The position numbers and the translations under genes are program-made. The notes under the pieces were generated by a model. The model worked only from the letters and a program-made list of their open reading frames with translations, ran no database searches and was not told the origin of the DNA. This document shows, in pieces, positions 10,068 to 19,492 of a DNA stretch of 64,000 nucleotides (within the stretch, counting starts at the first letter, position 1; the number at the start of each line of letters is the position of its first letter). The DNA is from Candidatus Poribacteria bacterium (GTDB taxonomy: Bacteria > Poribacteria > WGA-4E > WGA-3G). The stretch covers positions 1,088,001-1,152,000 of the forward strand of contig OZ240248.1 of NCBI GenBank assembly GCA_965198235.1, given 5' to 3'.

Positions 10068-10739
10068 ATGCGAACGCGCGAATCCGTTTTAAAAATCTCG
10101 CGTCTGATATTAGCCTCTGCATCCCCTCGCCGTGCCGCTCTGTTATCACAGATTGGGCTAACGTTTGAGGTACGTCCAAGTGATGTTGTGGAACCACCGC
10201 TCAACGTGCATGTAGGAGGGGAAATCCGCAGAGGAAACACCCTATCAAAAACCCCAAGCAAAAACCCCAAGCAAAAACACCCCGATGCCGCCAGTCAGGT
10301 GACACAAAAACTTGCCTTGCTGAAGGCAGCAGATGTTGCACAGCACTTTGATGAAGCTATAATTATCGGTGCAGATACTTTGGTATCCCTCGATGGGAAA
10401 CTTCTCGGTAAACCGACTGACGATGCAGATGCATTCGAGATGTTGACACACCTTAGCGGCACCTGCCATGAGGTTGTTACAGGTGTAGCCTTAGTTGACG
10501 CGAGGACAGGACGTGAAATCGTCTGGGCAGAAACAACACAGGTTTATTTTCGGGAGTTGCATAGTACCGAGATAGATGCCTATATTGCGAGCGGAGAAGC
10601 ATCAGATAAGGCTGGCGCATACGGGATTCAAGGACAGGGTGCGGCTTTCGTTCGGCGTATTGAGGGATGCTATTTTAATGTTGTTGGGCTTCCGTTAGCG
10701 AGCCTCGTTGAACGCCTATCCAATTTTCAATTTTTCTAA
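10068..10739 (+). CDS. maf: Maf-family nucleoside triphosphate pyrophosphatase with an in-frame repeat insertion
   Basis: LILASASPRR, IGADT, GKP, DKAGAYGIQG and NVVGLP motifs. Confidence 0.92.
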   Translation: MRTRESVLKISRLILASASPRRAALLSQIGLTFEVRPSDVVEPPLNVHVGGEIRRGNTLSKTPSKNPKQKHPDAASQVTQKLALLKAADVAQHFDEAIIIGADTLVSLDGKLLGKPTDDADAFEMLTHLSGTCHEVVTGVALVDARTGREIVWAETTQVYFRELHSTEIDAYIASGEASDKAGAYGIQGQGAAFVRRIEGCYFNVVGLPLASLVERLSNFQFF

Positions 10740-10975
10740 TTATTAGGTTTTCGCTCTGCTCTCCATTCCATTACGAGCAGGTTTTGGTTAATCCATGACC
10801 GATTTTGGAAGTCTGTATGTTCTTTAATACGTAACTGCGAGCCCGTAATGAAATGGAGGGCGGATTTAAAAAACGCACGTAGAAGATTCAGATTCATGTT
10901 GTTTCTCCGCAAGGTATAATTAAAAAAAATTACACGCCTACCGAGGGCTACACTGAAATTGTAACGCCCGGCGAA

Positions 10976-11581
10976 ATGGGCATCACGAAACTCCATTTCG
11001 GAATTCTTAATCTTACCCCCGAGGCAACTTTTTTTCACCATTCTGATGATACTGAAGTCGCGTTGATTGCGTTAGGTGGACATTGCACCTTGCTGGTGGG
11101 ACATAACGGGAACAAAGCGTACGGGGTGTTGGGCGAGCGTCCAGACGTTTTTCACGGCGAGGCGTGTGTGGCACATATTCCACATCACACCACTTATGAA
11201 GTGCTTGCAGGCGAAGCGGGAATTGAAGTCGCAATTTGCAAAGTACCATCCTATGCCGAATCCGCTGCAATTATTTTAGAAGCAGGGGAGACAGTCGATG
11301 AAGGTGAGACACACCTCAGGATATGGGAAAGTGCCTTATCGGGAGAGGCAAATGTAAGGGCAAGGGACGCGCACATGAGGCTTGCGGGAGAGGAAGCAAT
11401 CTGTCTGCACAGGTTCCGAGATGCCGATGGTGTTGCTACTTTCGATATCACGCGCACCGTAGAGACGGTACGCGTGCGATTGTATCACAACGATGTGTTA
11501 GCGGTTCCAGAACACGATAGCATTGTGGCATTGACTTCCGAAGGGGTTGGCTACCAGTTGTGGGTACAGCCAGATTTCTAG
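10976..11581 (+). CDS. IolB/KduI-like cupin protein, shorter than typical IolB
   Basis: EVALIALGG.C..GERPDVF.G...IP resembles the N-terminus of 5-deoxy-glucuronate isomerase. Confidence 0.55.
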   Translation: MGITKLHFGILNLTPEATFFHHSDDTEVALIALGGHCTLLVGHNGNKAYGVLGERPDVFHGEACVAHIPHHTTYEVLAGEAGIEVAICKVPSYAESAAIILEAGETVDEGETHLRIWESALSGEANVRARDAHMRLAGEEAICLHRFRDADGVATFDITRTVETVRVRLYHNDVLAVPEHDSIVALTSEGVGYQLWVQPDF

Positions 11582-11614
11582 GGAGACCAGATACTTATTT
11601 CTAACTATGAGCCT

Positions 11615-11735
11615 CTGGGCTGCCCTCCATTACATTTCGGGCAGGTTTCTGGTAAAGTAAAAAACCTGCTTTAGGTTTGAAAAGGATTTAGACTTAACCG
11701 AAAACCATCGTGAAACGAAGTGGAACGATGCCCAG
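11615..11735. repeat. Inverted pair of CTGGGC-hairpin-GGTTTC(T)GG repeats; related copies at about 6218-6260, 44208-44250 and 63939-63971
   Basis: tctgggctgccc..gggcaggtttctggtaa and the reverse complement of taaccgaaaaccatcgtgaaacg..cgatgcccaga; 63940 ctgggcatcgtttcacgatggtttctggttaa. Confidence 0.6.
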
Positions 11736-11744
11736 ATTCTAATA

Positions 11745-11896
11745 ACCTAAGTTGCGACCTTGTAGCAGAACCTTTTAGGTTGTGCCTTTTCACACCGAAA
11801 ATGACACGAAACACTCCAAATTTTTCAAAAAAATGAACGTTTCTCGCTGAAAAACGGTGTCCGTGGGTCTAAAATCTTGTAAGCAGCAACTTGGGT
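11745..11896. mobile_element. 152-bp MITE with IS982-like ends
   Basis: TIR acctaagttgc / gcaacttgggt; 7-bp direct repeat tctaata at 11738-11744 and 11897-11903. Confidence 0.75.
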
Positions 11897-11912
11897 TCTA
11901 ATAGTTAAAAAA

Positions 11913-12215
11913 CTATTCACCTTCAATGAGTTCGCCGCCCTTTTTGAGAAAGGCGACAGCACTCTGCGAGATTTGAACCTTTACCTCTTGGCTATTCACT
12001 TCTCCAACAGTGATGAGGATAATATTCTTATCATTGCTAAGTCCAAGAATTTTGCCGTGCAACCCGCCATTCGTTACGATTTCATCGCCTTTGGTCAGAT
12101 TCTCCAGCATATTCTGATGTTTTTTGCGTTTGGCTTGTTCGGGTCGCCATAGTAAGAAATACATGATGGCACCCATCGCGATGAACGGAACAAGCAAACC
12201 TGTTATCTGGTCCAT
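11913..12215 (-). CDS. yajC: Preprotein translocase subunit YajC
   Basis: YFLLWRP..L.KGDEIVTNGGLHG; adjacent to queA. Confidence 0.92.
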   Translation of the reverse strand: MDQITGLLVPFIAMGAIMYFLLWRPEQAKRKKHQNMLENLTKGDEIVTNGGLHGKILGLSNDKNIILITVGEVNSQEVKVQISQSAVAFLKKGGELIEGE

Positions 12216-12249
12216 AAAGTGTCTCCTTCTCTTCTGACGTAACTTGCTT

Positions 12250-12276
12250 GTAGGGGCTGGGTTACCCAGCCCCTAC
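12250..12276. repeat. GTAG-type REP palindrome
   Basis: gtaggggctgggttacccagcccctac. Confidence 0.7.
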
Positions 12277-12289
12277 TGCTGTTAAAAAA

Positions 12290-13318
12290 TCAAAGAATCA
12301 GCATGGCATCGCCATAACTATAAAAACGGTAATTATGTTGGAGTGCCTCTTGGTAAGCCTGCTGAATCAGGGCCTTTCCAGCAAAGGCGCTCACGAGCAT
12401 AAGTAGGGTTGATTTGGGTAGATGGAAGTTGGTGACCAACGCATCTACTGCATTAAATCGGTGCCCGGGATAGATAAAAAGTTCACTATAGCCGCTATAA
12501 GGATGAACAGTGCCTGTCGTGCCTGCGGTTTCCAAGGATCGCACGACTGTGGTCCCGATAGCAACGGTTTTTCTTCCTGTCTTCCGCGCTGTGCGGATCC
12601 GGTTCGCTTCTGTTTCGGCGAGGTGGATATATTCGGCATGCATCTTGTGTGTCTGAATATTTTCCACTTTCACCGGTTGGAACGTTCCAGGTCCAACATG
12701 TAGCGTTAGCATCGCTATTTCTATCCCGCTGTTTTTCAATTCCTCCAACAATTCTTGTGTGAAATGCAGACCTGCCGTGGGGGCTGCGATTGCACCTTCC
12801 GTAGCTGCATAGACTGACTGATAGCGAACCTTATCTTCAGCGTTCGGTGGACGGCGAATATAAGGAGGCAAAGGCATCATACCCACATCTGCAAGAATGG
12901 CTGAAAACTCACCGTTATAGTCGAAACGGACGATGCAGTGTCCGTCATCCGGTTTCGCGAGGACCTCTGCTGTTAGGTCACTGTTACCGAATACAATCTG
13001 TGTGCCGATTCGGAGGCTCCGCCGCGGCTTGGCGAGCACTTCCCATGTGTCTGGCTCTGTTTCATGGATGAGAAGCAGTTCTATCTTTCCGCCAGTTCCG
13101 CTTTTGCTACCGATTAACCGTGCAGGGATTACCTTCGTGTCGTTCAGAACTAACAACGCAGCGTTGGGTAAGTATTCTCCAATCTGCGAAAACTGAGTGT
13201 GGTGAAAAGCACAAGTGTCGCGGTCAACTACCAAGAGTCGTGACGCATCACGCTGTTGAAGTGGGCTTTGCGCGATCCGATCGGAAGGTAGATGGTAGTC
13301 AAAATCTGTGAGTTTCAT
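12290..13318 (-). CDS. queA: SAM:tRNA ribosyltransferase-isomerase
   Basis: DFDYHLP, PLPPYI, AAPTAGLHFT, TNFHLPKSTL and YRFYSYGDAM. Confidence 0.97.
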   Translation of the reverse strand: MKLTDFDYHLPSDRIAQSPLQQRDASRLLVVDRDTCAFHHTQFSQIGEYLPNAALLVLNDTKVIPARLIGSKSGTGGKIELLLIHETEPDTWEVLAKPRRSLRIGTQIVFGNSDLTAEVLAKPDDGHCIVRFDYNGEFSAILADVGMMPLPPYIRRPPNAEDKVRYQSVYAATEGAIAAPTAGLHFTQELLEELKNSGIEIAMLTLHVGPGTFQPVKVENIQTHKMHAEYIHLAETEANRIRTARKTGRKTVAIGTTVVRSLETAGTTGTVHPYSGYSELFIYPGHRFNAVDALVTNFHLPKSTLLMLVSAFAGKALIQQAYQEALQHNYRFYSYGDAMLIL

Positions 13319-13383
13319 AACTGTGTGCAGCGGAAACGCCCAAGCAAAACACCTCGTCGGTAAAATAGATGGACGATTTGCAA

Positions 13384-14409
13384 CTAATAGAACAGCGATG
13401 TTTGGGACCCTATAGGATAGTCGAAGTACTCATGGGCGGCATCGGTTGCGACGCGTCCGCCTGGTGTTAGCATCAAAAATCCCTCTTTGATGTAGTAAGG
13501 TTCGTAAACCTCTGCGATAGTGCGTTCGTCCTCACTCAGGGCGACAGCGAGTGCCTTGAGTCCCGCACGTCCATTGAATTTTTCAATAAGTGTCTGAAAA
13601 TAAGCGTAGTCTTGTGCGTTGAGTCCGCGTTCATCAATGTCAAAGAATTTGAGTGCCGCTTCCACAACCCCAAGCGAGAGAGAGCCGTCTGCTTCGACTT
13701 GGGCATAGTCCCTAACGTTAGCGAGCAGTTTGTTTGCAATTCGCATCGTGCCGCGCGAGCGGCAGGCTAATATGTATTCTGCATCTTCGTCGATATTAAC
13801 GTTGAGTTTTGCACTGTTAATGCGTATAGCCTGCTGGATGTCTTTTGCTTCGTAGTAATTGAGATGGATGCGGATGCCGAACCTGTCGCGAAAAGGACCG
13901 GAAAGCAAACCTTCGCGTGTTGTCGCACCAATGAGTGTAAATTGCTTAAGAGACATTTGCACGACATCTGATGCGGGACCTTGACCAATGGCTATATCCA
14001 ATTGATAATCCTCCATCGCAGGATAGAGCAATTCTTGAACATACCCTTTCATCCGGTGAATTTCATCAATAAACAGAATATCGCTCTGCTCAAGGTTCAT
14101 CAAGGTTGAGGCGAGGTCAAGTTTCTCCATGACGGGACCGATCGCTTGTTTATAGTTGCTCTGAATTTCATTGGCGATGATCCTTGCAAGTGTGGTCTTC
14201 CCAAGCCCTGGTGGGCCAACAAGCAGCACATGCTCAAGCGCGTCCCCGCGCTTTTTGGCAGCTTCAATATGGATACGGAGCTGTTCTTTCGCTTTTTCCT
14301 GTCCGATAAATTCGTTCAGTGTTTCCGGACGGAGACTATATCCAAAGCCCTCTTCTTCTTCTGCCAAATCTTGCATCCGGTCGAAATCTGGTTTTTCGTG
14401 ATTATCCAT
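13384..14409 (-). CDS. ruvB: Holliday junction branch migration helicase RuvB
   Basis: SLRP, GPPGLGKTT, FIDEIHR, GATTR and DRFG. Confidence 0.96.
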   Translation of the reverse strand: MDNHEKPDFDRMQDLAEEEEGFGYSLRPETLNEFIGQEKAKEQLRIHIEAAKKRGDALEHVLLVGPPGLGKTTLARIIANEIQSNYKQAIGPVMEKLDLASTLMNLEQSDILFIDEIHRMKGYVQELLYPAMEDYQLDIAIGQGPASDVVQMSLKQFTLIGATTREGLLSGPFRDRFGIRIHLNYYEAKDIQQAIRINSAKLNVNIDEDAEYILACRSRGTMRIANKLLANVRDYAQVEADGSLSLGVVEAALKFFDIDERGLNAQDYAYFQTLIEKFNGRAGLKALAVALSEDERTIAEVYEPYYIKEGFLMLTPGGRVATDAAHEYFDYPIGSQTSLFY

Positions 14410-14554
14410 TTTTGGGTCCTAACACGGGAGTTTCAAGAGCGTTTTCGTTTTGAGATCTGCTTTGCCAACTTGGAAAAATTTGTTTATCAAGGAAGCCATT
14501 GCGAAAACGTCGCCTTTCTAACCATATCCCCATAGTTAGAAAATCGTTAAAAAA

Positions 14555-15157
14555 CTAATTTCGGATATATCGAAGTGCTTGCGCGATTAGGTTTTCCCGT
14601 TGTGCAGACTCACCGAGAACTTGTTGTGCCTTATCGACGGCTTGTTCTGCTTCAAGTTCCGATGCCCCAAGATTATTGACGAGGATTCTGATTGCCTCTG
14701 CATCTGGAGCTCCAGTGGATTTTCCGAGGTCAACATCACCTTCGAGTTTCATTTTCATAATGTTCTTTTTGAGTTTAGTGATGATGATTTGGGCGATGTC
14801 TTTGCTTAAGCGTGGAACCCGCATGAGGGTTGTTGCATCTCCGCGGTGCACAGCACTCTGGAATTGTGAAGGTGACAGCCTCGCGACGATGTTTTGTGCG
14901 AGTGCTGGTCCTACACCGGAGACAGTCAGAGCCAATTCAAAAACTTTAAGGGCATCTTTTGACGTGAACCCGTAGAGCGTAATTTTGTTTTCGCGGTTTT
15001 GATGATAGTATGTATAAAGGATAACAGTATCACCTATAGGGGGTAAGTCCGTTACGGTCCTCGGGGGCACGTTGATACTATACCCAATGCCGTTTACATC
15101 TACAACAATCTGTGTTGTTTCTTTATCTGCGAGAACCCCTTTGATATAAGAAATCAT
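14555..15157 (-). CDS. ruvA: Holliday junction branch migration protein RuvA
   Basis: MISYIKG..VNGIGY, LYGF and VSGVGP; position in ruvCAB. Confidence 0.93.
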   Translation of the reverse strand: MISYIKGVLADKETTQIVVDVNGIGYSINVPPRTVTDLPPIGDTVILYTYYHQNRENKITLYGFTSKDALKVFELALTVSGVGPALAQNIVARLSPSQFQSAVHRGDATTLMRVPRLSKDIAQIIITKLKKNIMKMKLEGDVDLGKSTGAPDAEAIRILVNNLGASELEAEQAVDKAQQVLGESAQRENLIAQALRYIRN

Positions 15158-15190
15158 CCTGACATTCCTTTAGACAGTTGTAATCAATTG

Positions 15191-15691
15191 TTATTGAATA
15201 TATTTTTCACGGAGTTTAAGGACTTTATAGGAACGGGCATGGCATAGTGCGAGCGCAAGGGCATCTGCTGCGTGGTCAGGGCGAGGTGGTTCCTTGAGTT
15301 TAAGCAGTGCTTGTGCCATCTTCTGCATCTGGGATTTTGTGGCTTTTCCGTAACCAACAACTGCCTGTTTGACTTGGGTCGGTGTATACACAGTAACGGA
15401 GCAGTCCGCATTCGCGGCTGCAAGTTTCACGATACCTTTAACTTCACCTACGGCGAACGCACTGCTTATATTTTTACTAAAGAAAATATCCTCAAGCACT
15501 ATACTCTCGATAGCGAATTTGGCAATCAGATCAGTTACGGCATCGTAAATTTGTTTCAACCGTACCTCCGACGCTGTTTTGGGGCTGGTTCTGATATTTC
15601 CGAAACCCCGCGAAGTGAGCCGATTCGCGTGAACTTCAACCACGCCGTATCCAGTATTCGCAATGCCCGGGTCGATGCCAAGAATTATCAC
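15191..15691 (-). CDS. ruvC: Crossover junction endodeoxyribonuclease RuvC
   Basis: ILGIDPG, YTPTQVK.AVVGYG.ATK and DHAADALA. Confidence 0.96.
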   Translation of the reverse strand: MIILGIDPGIANTGYGVVEVHANRLTSRGFGNIRTSPKTASEVRLKQIYDAVTDLIAKFAIESIVLEDIFFSKNISSAFAVGEVKGIVKLAAANADCSVTVYTPTQVKQAVVGYGKATKSQMQKMAQALLKLKEPPRPDHAADALALALCHARSYKVLKLREKYIQ

Positions 15692-15823
15692 TTTTTGTTT
15701 TTCACGTTGTAGGGCGAAGCTTACAAGTCCATATTCAAAGGCGCAAGCCGAAACTTGCTGTTAAAAACTCGCTGTAATATGTCTGCCCGAATGGACTGGA
15801 GAGTCGCGAGTTATGTGCAGCAG

Positions 15824-16570
15824 CTAAGCTGCAGCTTCTAAGAGGTTATCGGGGATATCGAAATTGGCGTAGACTTTCTGTACATCATCGAGTTCGTCAA
15901 GGGCGTCCATAAGGCGAATCATCCGTTCCGCTTCTTTCCCATCAAGCTTCACGGTATTTTGCGGAATCATACTAATTTCAGCGAGTTGGATTTCAGCGGA
16001 TGTTTCCTGGATTGCCGTTAAAACACCATCGAACATCTCAAACGGTGTGATTACTTCCATACCTGTTTCGGAGGCAATTACATCTTCAGCACTAGCTTCA
16101 GCCGCGATCAAAAACAGTTCTTCTTCATTAATACTATCAGGCGTAACGACGATCAATCCGCATTTATCAAAGCCCCATGCGACGCATCCACGCTCTCCGA
16201 TTCTTCCTTCGTGTTTGGTGAAAGCGTGTCGAATCTCTGCAACCGCCCGATTGCGGTTGTCGGTCAAAACTTCTATCATTACTGCGACACCCCCAGGTCC
16301 GTAGCCCTCATAGAGGATTTCCTCGTAGGTTTCGCCCTCAAGTTCACCGGTGCCTCGAAGTATAGCTTTCTCAATGTTATCGTTAGGGACGTTGCTTGAT
16401 TTTGCTGCTGCAATTGCAGTGCGAAGTCTTGGGTTCATGTCCATATCGCGGCCACCGACGCGTGCTGCTGCGGTAATCTCTTTCACCAACTTTGAGAAGA
16501 GTTTGCCGCGTCTGGAATCGTTTGCTGCTTTTTTATGTTTAATTGTTGACCATTTGGAGTGTCCTGACAT
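15824..16570 (-). CDS. yebC: YebC/PmpR family protein
   Basis: [22 protein letters not shown] and TDNRNR. Confidence 0.96.
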   Translation of the reverse strand: MSGHSKWSTIKHKKAANDSRRGKLFSKLVKEITAAARVGGRDMDMNPRLRTAIAAAKSSNVPNDNIEKAILRGTGELEGETYEEILYEGYGPGGVAVMIEVLTDNRNRAVAEIRHAFTKHEGRIGERGCVAWGFDKCGLIVVTPDSINEEELFLIAAEASAEDVIASETGMEVITPFEMFDGVLTAIQETSAEIQLAEISMIPQNTVKLDGKEAERMIRLMDALDELDDVQKVYANFDIPDNLLEAAA

Positions 16571-16808
16571 AGCCTGTGTCCTTTCTGTTCTGGTTGAGTT
16601 AGTATACCATGAAAAGAAAAAAGATACAACGTAAATCTGCGCTGCGCACAGATTTATGGTTTCCTTGAACTCGTGATGAAGGCAAACCTCATCGGACAGA
16701 CAGTCGACAGCTCCCTCGTTAACTATCTATATATTTTTGGTTGGACAAAACTCGAAATCTATGATAAACTTGTTACATCCTTCATTTAAGGAGTCTGTAT
16801 AGGTTGCT

Positions 16809-17591
16809 ATGTTACCTTTTATTTTGAAAATCGCAGACCAACCGGTAGAGCGTCTACAGCGTATCAATGATGAAAACCAGTCGATTGATGTCGACGTGCA
16901 GGTGGAGCTTTACTCACGGGAAATTGACCGTGCCGATATAGAGCGGACATCGCAGCCTCGGCGGTTGAGTCAGTTAATCTTGCATGAAGCTACAGAGAAC
17001 GCTTATACGACTTTTATTGCGTTCCTCCGGGATAGCGCGGAGCCGGAGGCTTTTCTACCGTTTGAACGCCTCTCTCAACACCCTTGTCGACAATATGCGT
17101 TGATTCTCTCAGCGTCCCGTTCTCATGAACTCTTTGAAATCTGCCAGATGCAACCTGACACCAGTCCTTCTATCCTGCACTACGGAGGCTATGAAATAGC
17201 AATCAAACCGCGCAGATACATTTTGGATACAGCGGCTTATTTGGTAGCACCGGATAAATATACGCTTTTTATACGACAGGTGCGGGAAGATGACACAATT
17301 CGGGTCTACCGTAGCGATTTTATCAATCTTACTCGAAATTCACCGCCGCCGTTTAAACTGGATACCCGCGATATAATTGAAAATGTACAATTGGAACTCG
17401 TGGGAGAACGGGGGCAGGCTTTGCCAATAGAGCAATTGCTCATGTTTCCACCGAGTACCGAAGAGGCGAACTCCCTTCGCCTTATGAAATGTCCTGAGTG
17501 TGGCGGGCGTGTGCGCCAACTCGGCAGAGAAGGCATTTTCTGCCTTGAGTGTGATTGGGATAACCTACCACCTCTGAAACATCCACGATGA
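16809..17591 (+). CDS. Hypothetical protein with C-terminal zinc ribbon
   Basis: CPECGG-x10-CLECDW near the C-terminus. Confidence 0.65.
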   Translation: MLPFILKIADQPVERLQRINDENQSIDVDVQVELYSREIDRADIERTSQPRRLSQLILHEATENAYTTFIAFLRDSAEPEAFLPFERLSQHPCRQYALILSASRSHELFEICQMQPDTSPSILHYGGYEIAIKPRRYILDTAAYLVAPDKYTLFIRQVREDDTIRVYRSDFINLTRNSPPPFKLDTRDIIENVQLELVGERGQALPIEQLLMFPPSTEEANSLRLMKCPECGGRVRQLGREGIFCLECDWDNLPPLKHPR

Positions 17592-17691
17592 TATAACGCT
17601 GAAGCGTGGACTAAAATTTGCTGGATTTATCGGGTTATAGTAGGCGCGTCTTTCCAGTCAATTCCGCAGTAAAGATGGGCGCTCTTGTTTT

Positions 17692-18306
17692 CTAACTTTG
17701 ACCCCCAAGTTTTGCCATATACAAAATGAATACCGTGTTGCCAACAGCGAGCACTGCGCCGACGACGGTTTGGAGAAGTGTGTGTCGTTTTCGGTAAACC
17801 CGCGCCCAAGCAATCAGCGGAGTCAGCAGAAATAGCCAACCGAATTGTGGATTGACGAGCATGACGAGAACGGTAACACATCCAGTAGCGACACTGCTGT
17901 GAAAGCTTATTTTCCAGATCGGGGTAATTGCAGAAAAAATAAGGCTATTTACAATGTAAGCGATGCCTGCCCAGACGATTTCCCGCGCCGCACCCAGCTG
18001 ATGCAGCAGGACAGTACCTACAACCATGCTGACAAGCGTGCAGCATAAAGGTAGGAGTCGTTCTTCCCTATTATGCAAGTGCAGATTGCTTACTTTAGCA
18101 TACCGGGCCATCACCGCAATTGAAAGTACTGGCAGCACGGTAACAAATAGGACAACAATTGCCAACCAGCGGAGTACGTTTTGGGGAGCCGCATGTTTTT
18201 GGATAACGCCAATAGCGGTTGCGATTGGGACCAAAAATGGGCTGAAAAGAACAGAGGTACCCCACGCGATGCGCGCCGGAATTGTCGATAAATCGCTACG
18301 CTCCAT
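17692..18306 (-). CDS. PAP2-like membrane protein
   Basis: KISFH and WARV..KRHT..Q motifs; about 6 TM helices. Confidence 0.7.
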   Translation of the reverse strand: MERSDLSTIPARIAWGTSVLFSPFLVPIATAIGVIQKHAAPQNVLRWLAIVVLFVTVLPVLSIAVMARYAKVSNLHLHNREERLLPLCCTLVSMVVGTVLLHQLGAAREIVWAGIAYIVNSLIFSAITPIWKISFHSSVATGCVTVLVMLVNPQFGWLFLLTPLIAWARVYRKRHTLLQTVVGAVLAVGNTVFILYMAKLGGQS

Positions 18307-18309
18307 CAA

Positions 18310-19320
18310 TTAATTTGACGTTTCCAAAGTTTTGAAGAAATCAACTAAGTCCGCACCGTGTGTGCTCGCGTTGACCCCTTTATCAATTTCAAGAATTTTT
18401 CCTGTTTTATCAATAATAACAGCGAACCGTTGAATCTTTCCATCTGGCGCATTCGTCGCACCAAAGAGGAGTGCAAGGTTGCGTCCGGTGTCTACCAAAA
18501 GCGGGAAATTCAACTGATTGTCTTCCGAAAATTTTTGGTGAGAATCGGCATCATTTGATGTAATCCCAAAAATCTGTGCATCGTATTTCGTAAAACTACT
18601 CGACTCATCACGGAGTGAGCAAACTTGAGCCGTTCAGCCACGCCCAAAATCGCGTGGGTAGAATGCTAATACGACGTTCTTTTCCTGATGCAATTCGCTT
18701 AATTGGTGCGTTTTACCGGTTCCATCGGTTGCAATAAAATCTGGAGCAGGTTGCCCAACCTCTATCTTTGGTAGGACTTCCTTGAGCAGTGCGGCGACAT
18801 CTTCGCCGTGCGTTTTGACATTGACATCTGTATCAATGGCACGGATGTATCCCGCTTTATCAATGATGAAAGTTGTCCGTTTTGAGGCGTTGAAGCTTTC
18901 AATGATACCGCTGTACTGATTGCTCACCTCAAATTCGGTGTCGGCTAAGAGTGAAAATCCGAATTTTTGTTCTGTTCTAAACCGCTTGTGCGATTCAACA
19001 TTATCAACACTGACTCCGAAAAGGACGCTTTCGGTTGCTTCTATCTCGCTCAAATTATCCCGGAGCGAGCAAAGTTCAGCCGTTCATCCACCTGTAAAAT
19101 CTTTTGGGTAGAAAGCGAGGACGATATTCTTTTTTCCTAAATAGTCGCTGAGGTTCCGCTCAACATCCTCTTCATCTTTCAATGTAAAATCGGGGGCGAC
19201 CATGCCCACCTTTAATGTGTTTGGCGTTGTCACTGCTTCCTCCCCTGAAGCTGCTGGAATCAAAATTGCTGTTATGAGGATAACAGCCCAGACGCTTGCA
19301 TTCAGCCGCGCTTGAAACAT
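18310..19320 (-). CDS. Exported tandem two-domain BCP/PrxQ peroxiredoxin, 336 aa, with two in-frame UGA codons (probable selenocysteines)
   Basis: ORFs 19084-19320, 18634-19053 and 18310-18513 share one frame; joined they read FYPKDFTGG-U-TAELCSLRD and FYPRDFGRG-U-TAQVCSLRD; N-terminal signal peptide. Confidence 0.88.
18599..18619 (-). promoter_or_regulatory. Candidate bacterial SECIS hairpin 2
   Basis: ctcactc-cgtgat-gagt(c)gag, starting 14 nt after the UGA. Confidence 0.55.
19045..19069 (-). promoter_or_regulatory. Candidate bacterial SECIS hairpin 1
   Basis: ctcgctc-cgggataattt-gagcgag, starting 14 nt after the UGA. Confidence 0.6.
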
Positions 19321-19359
19321 CGCGTTATGCCTCCGTTAAATAAATACGTTGTTAGTAAA

Positions 19360-19388
19360 ATTATACGCTATTTTGCTATAGGGGTCAA
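19360..19388 (-). promoter_or_regulatory. sigma70 promoter of the peroxiredoxin-PAP2 operon
   Basis: TTGACC-N17-TATAAT; GGAGG RBS at 19330-19334. Confidence 0.65.
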
Positions 19389-19492
19389 GTAAATTTGCAT
19401 TTAGCATGCCGCTAATTTGGGCTTCGGTGACCTTAGGCTGCCGTCTATGAAGCACAGGTTTCCCCACGTTTTAGCGTGTCGGTGCTATGACT

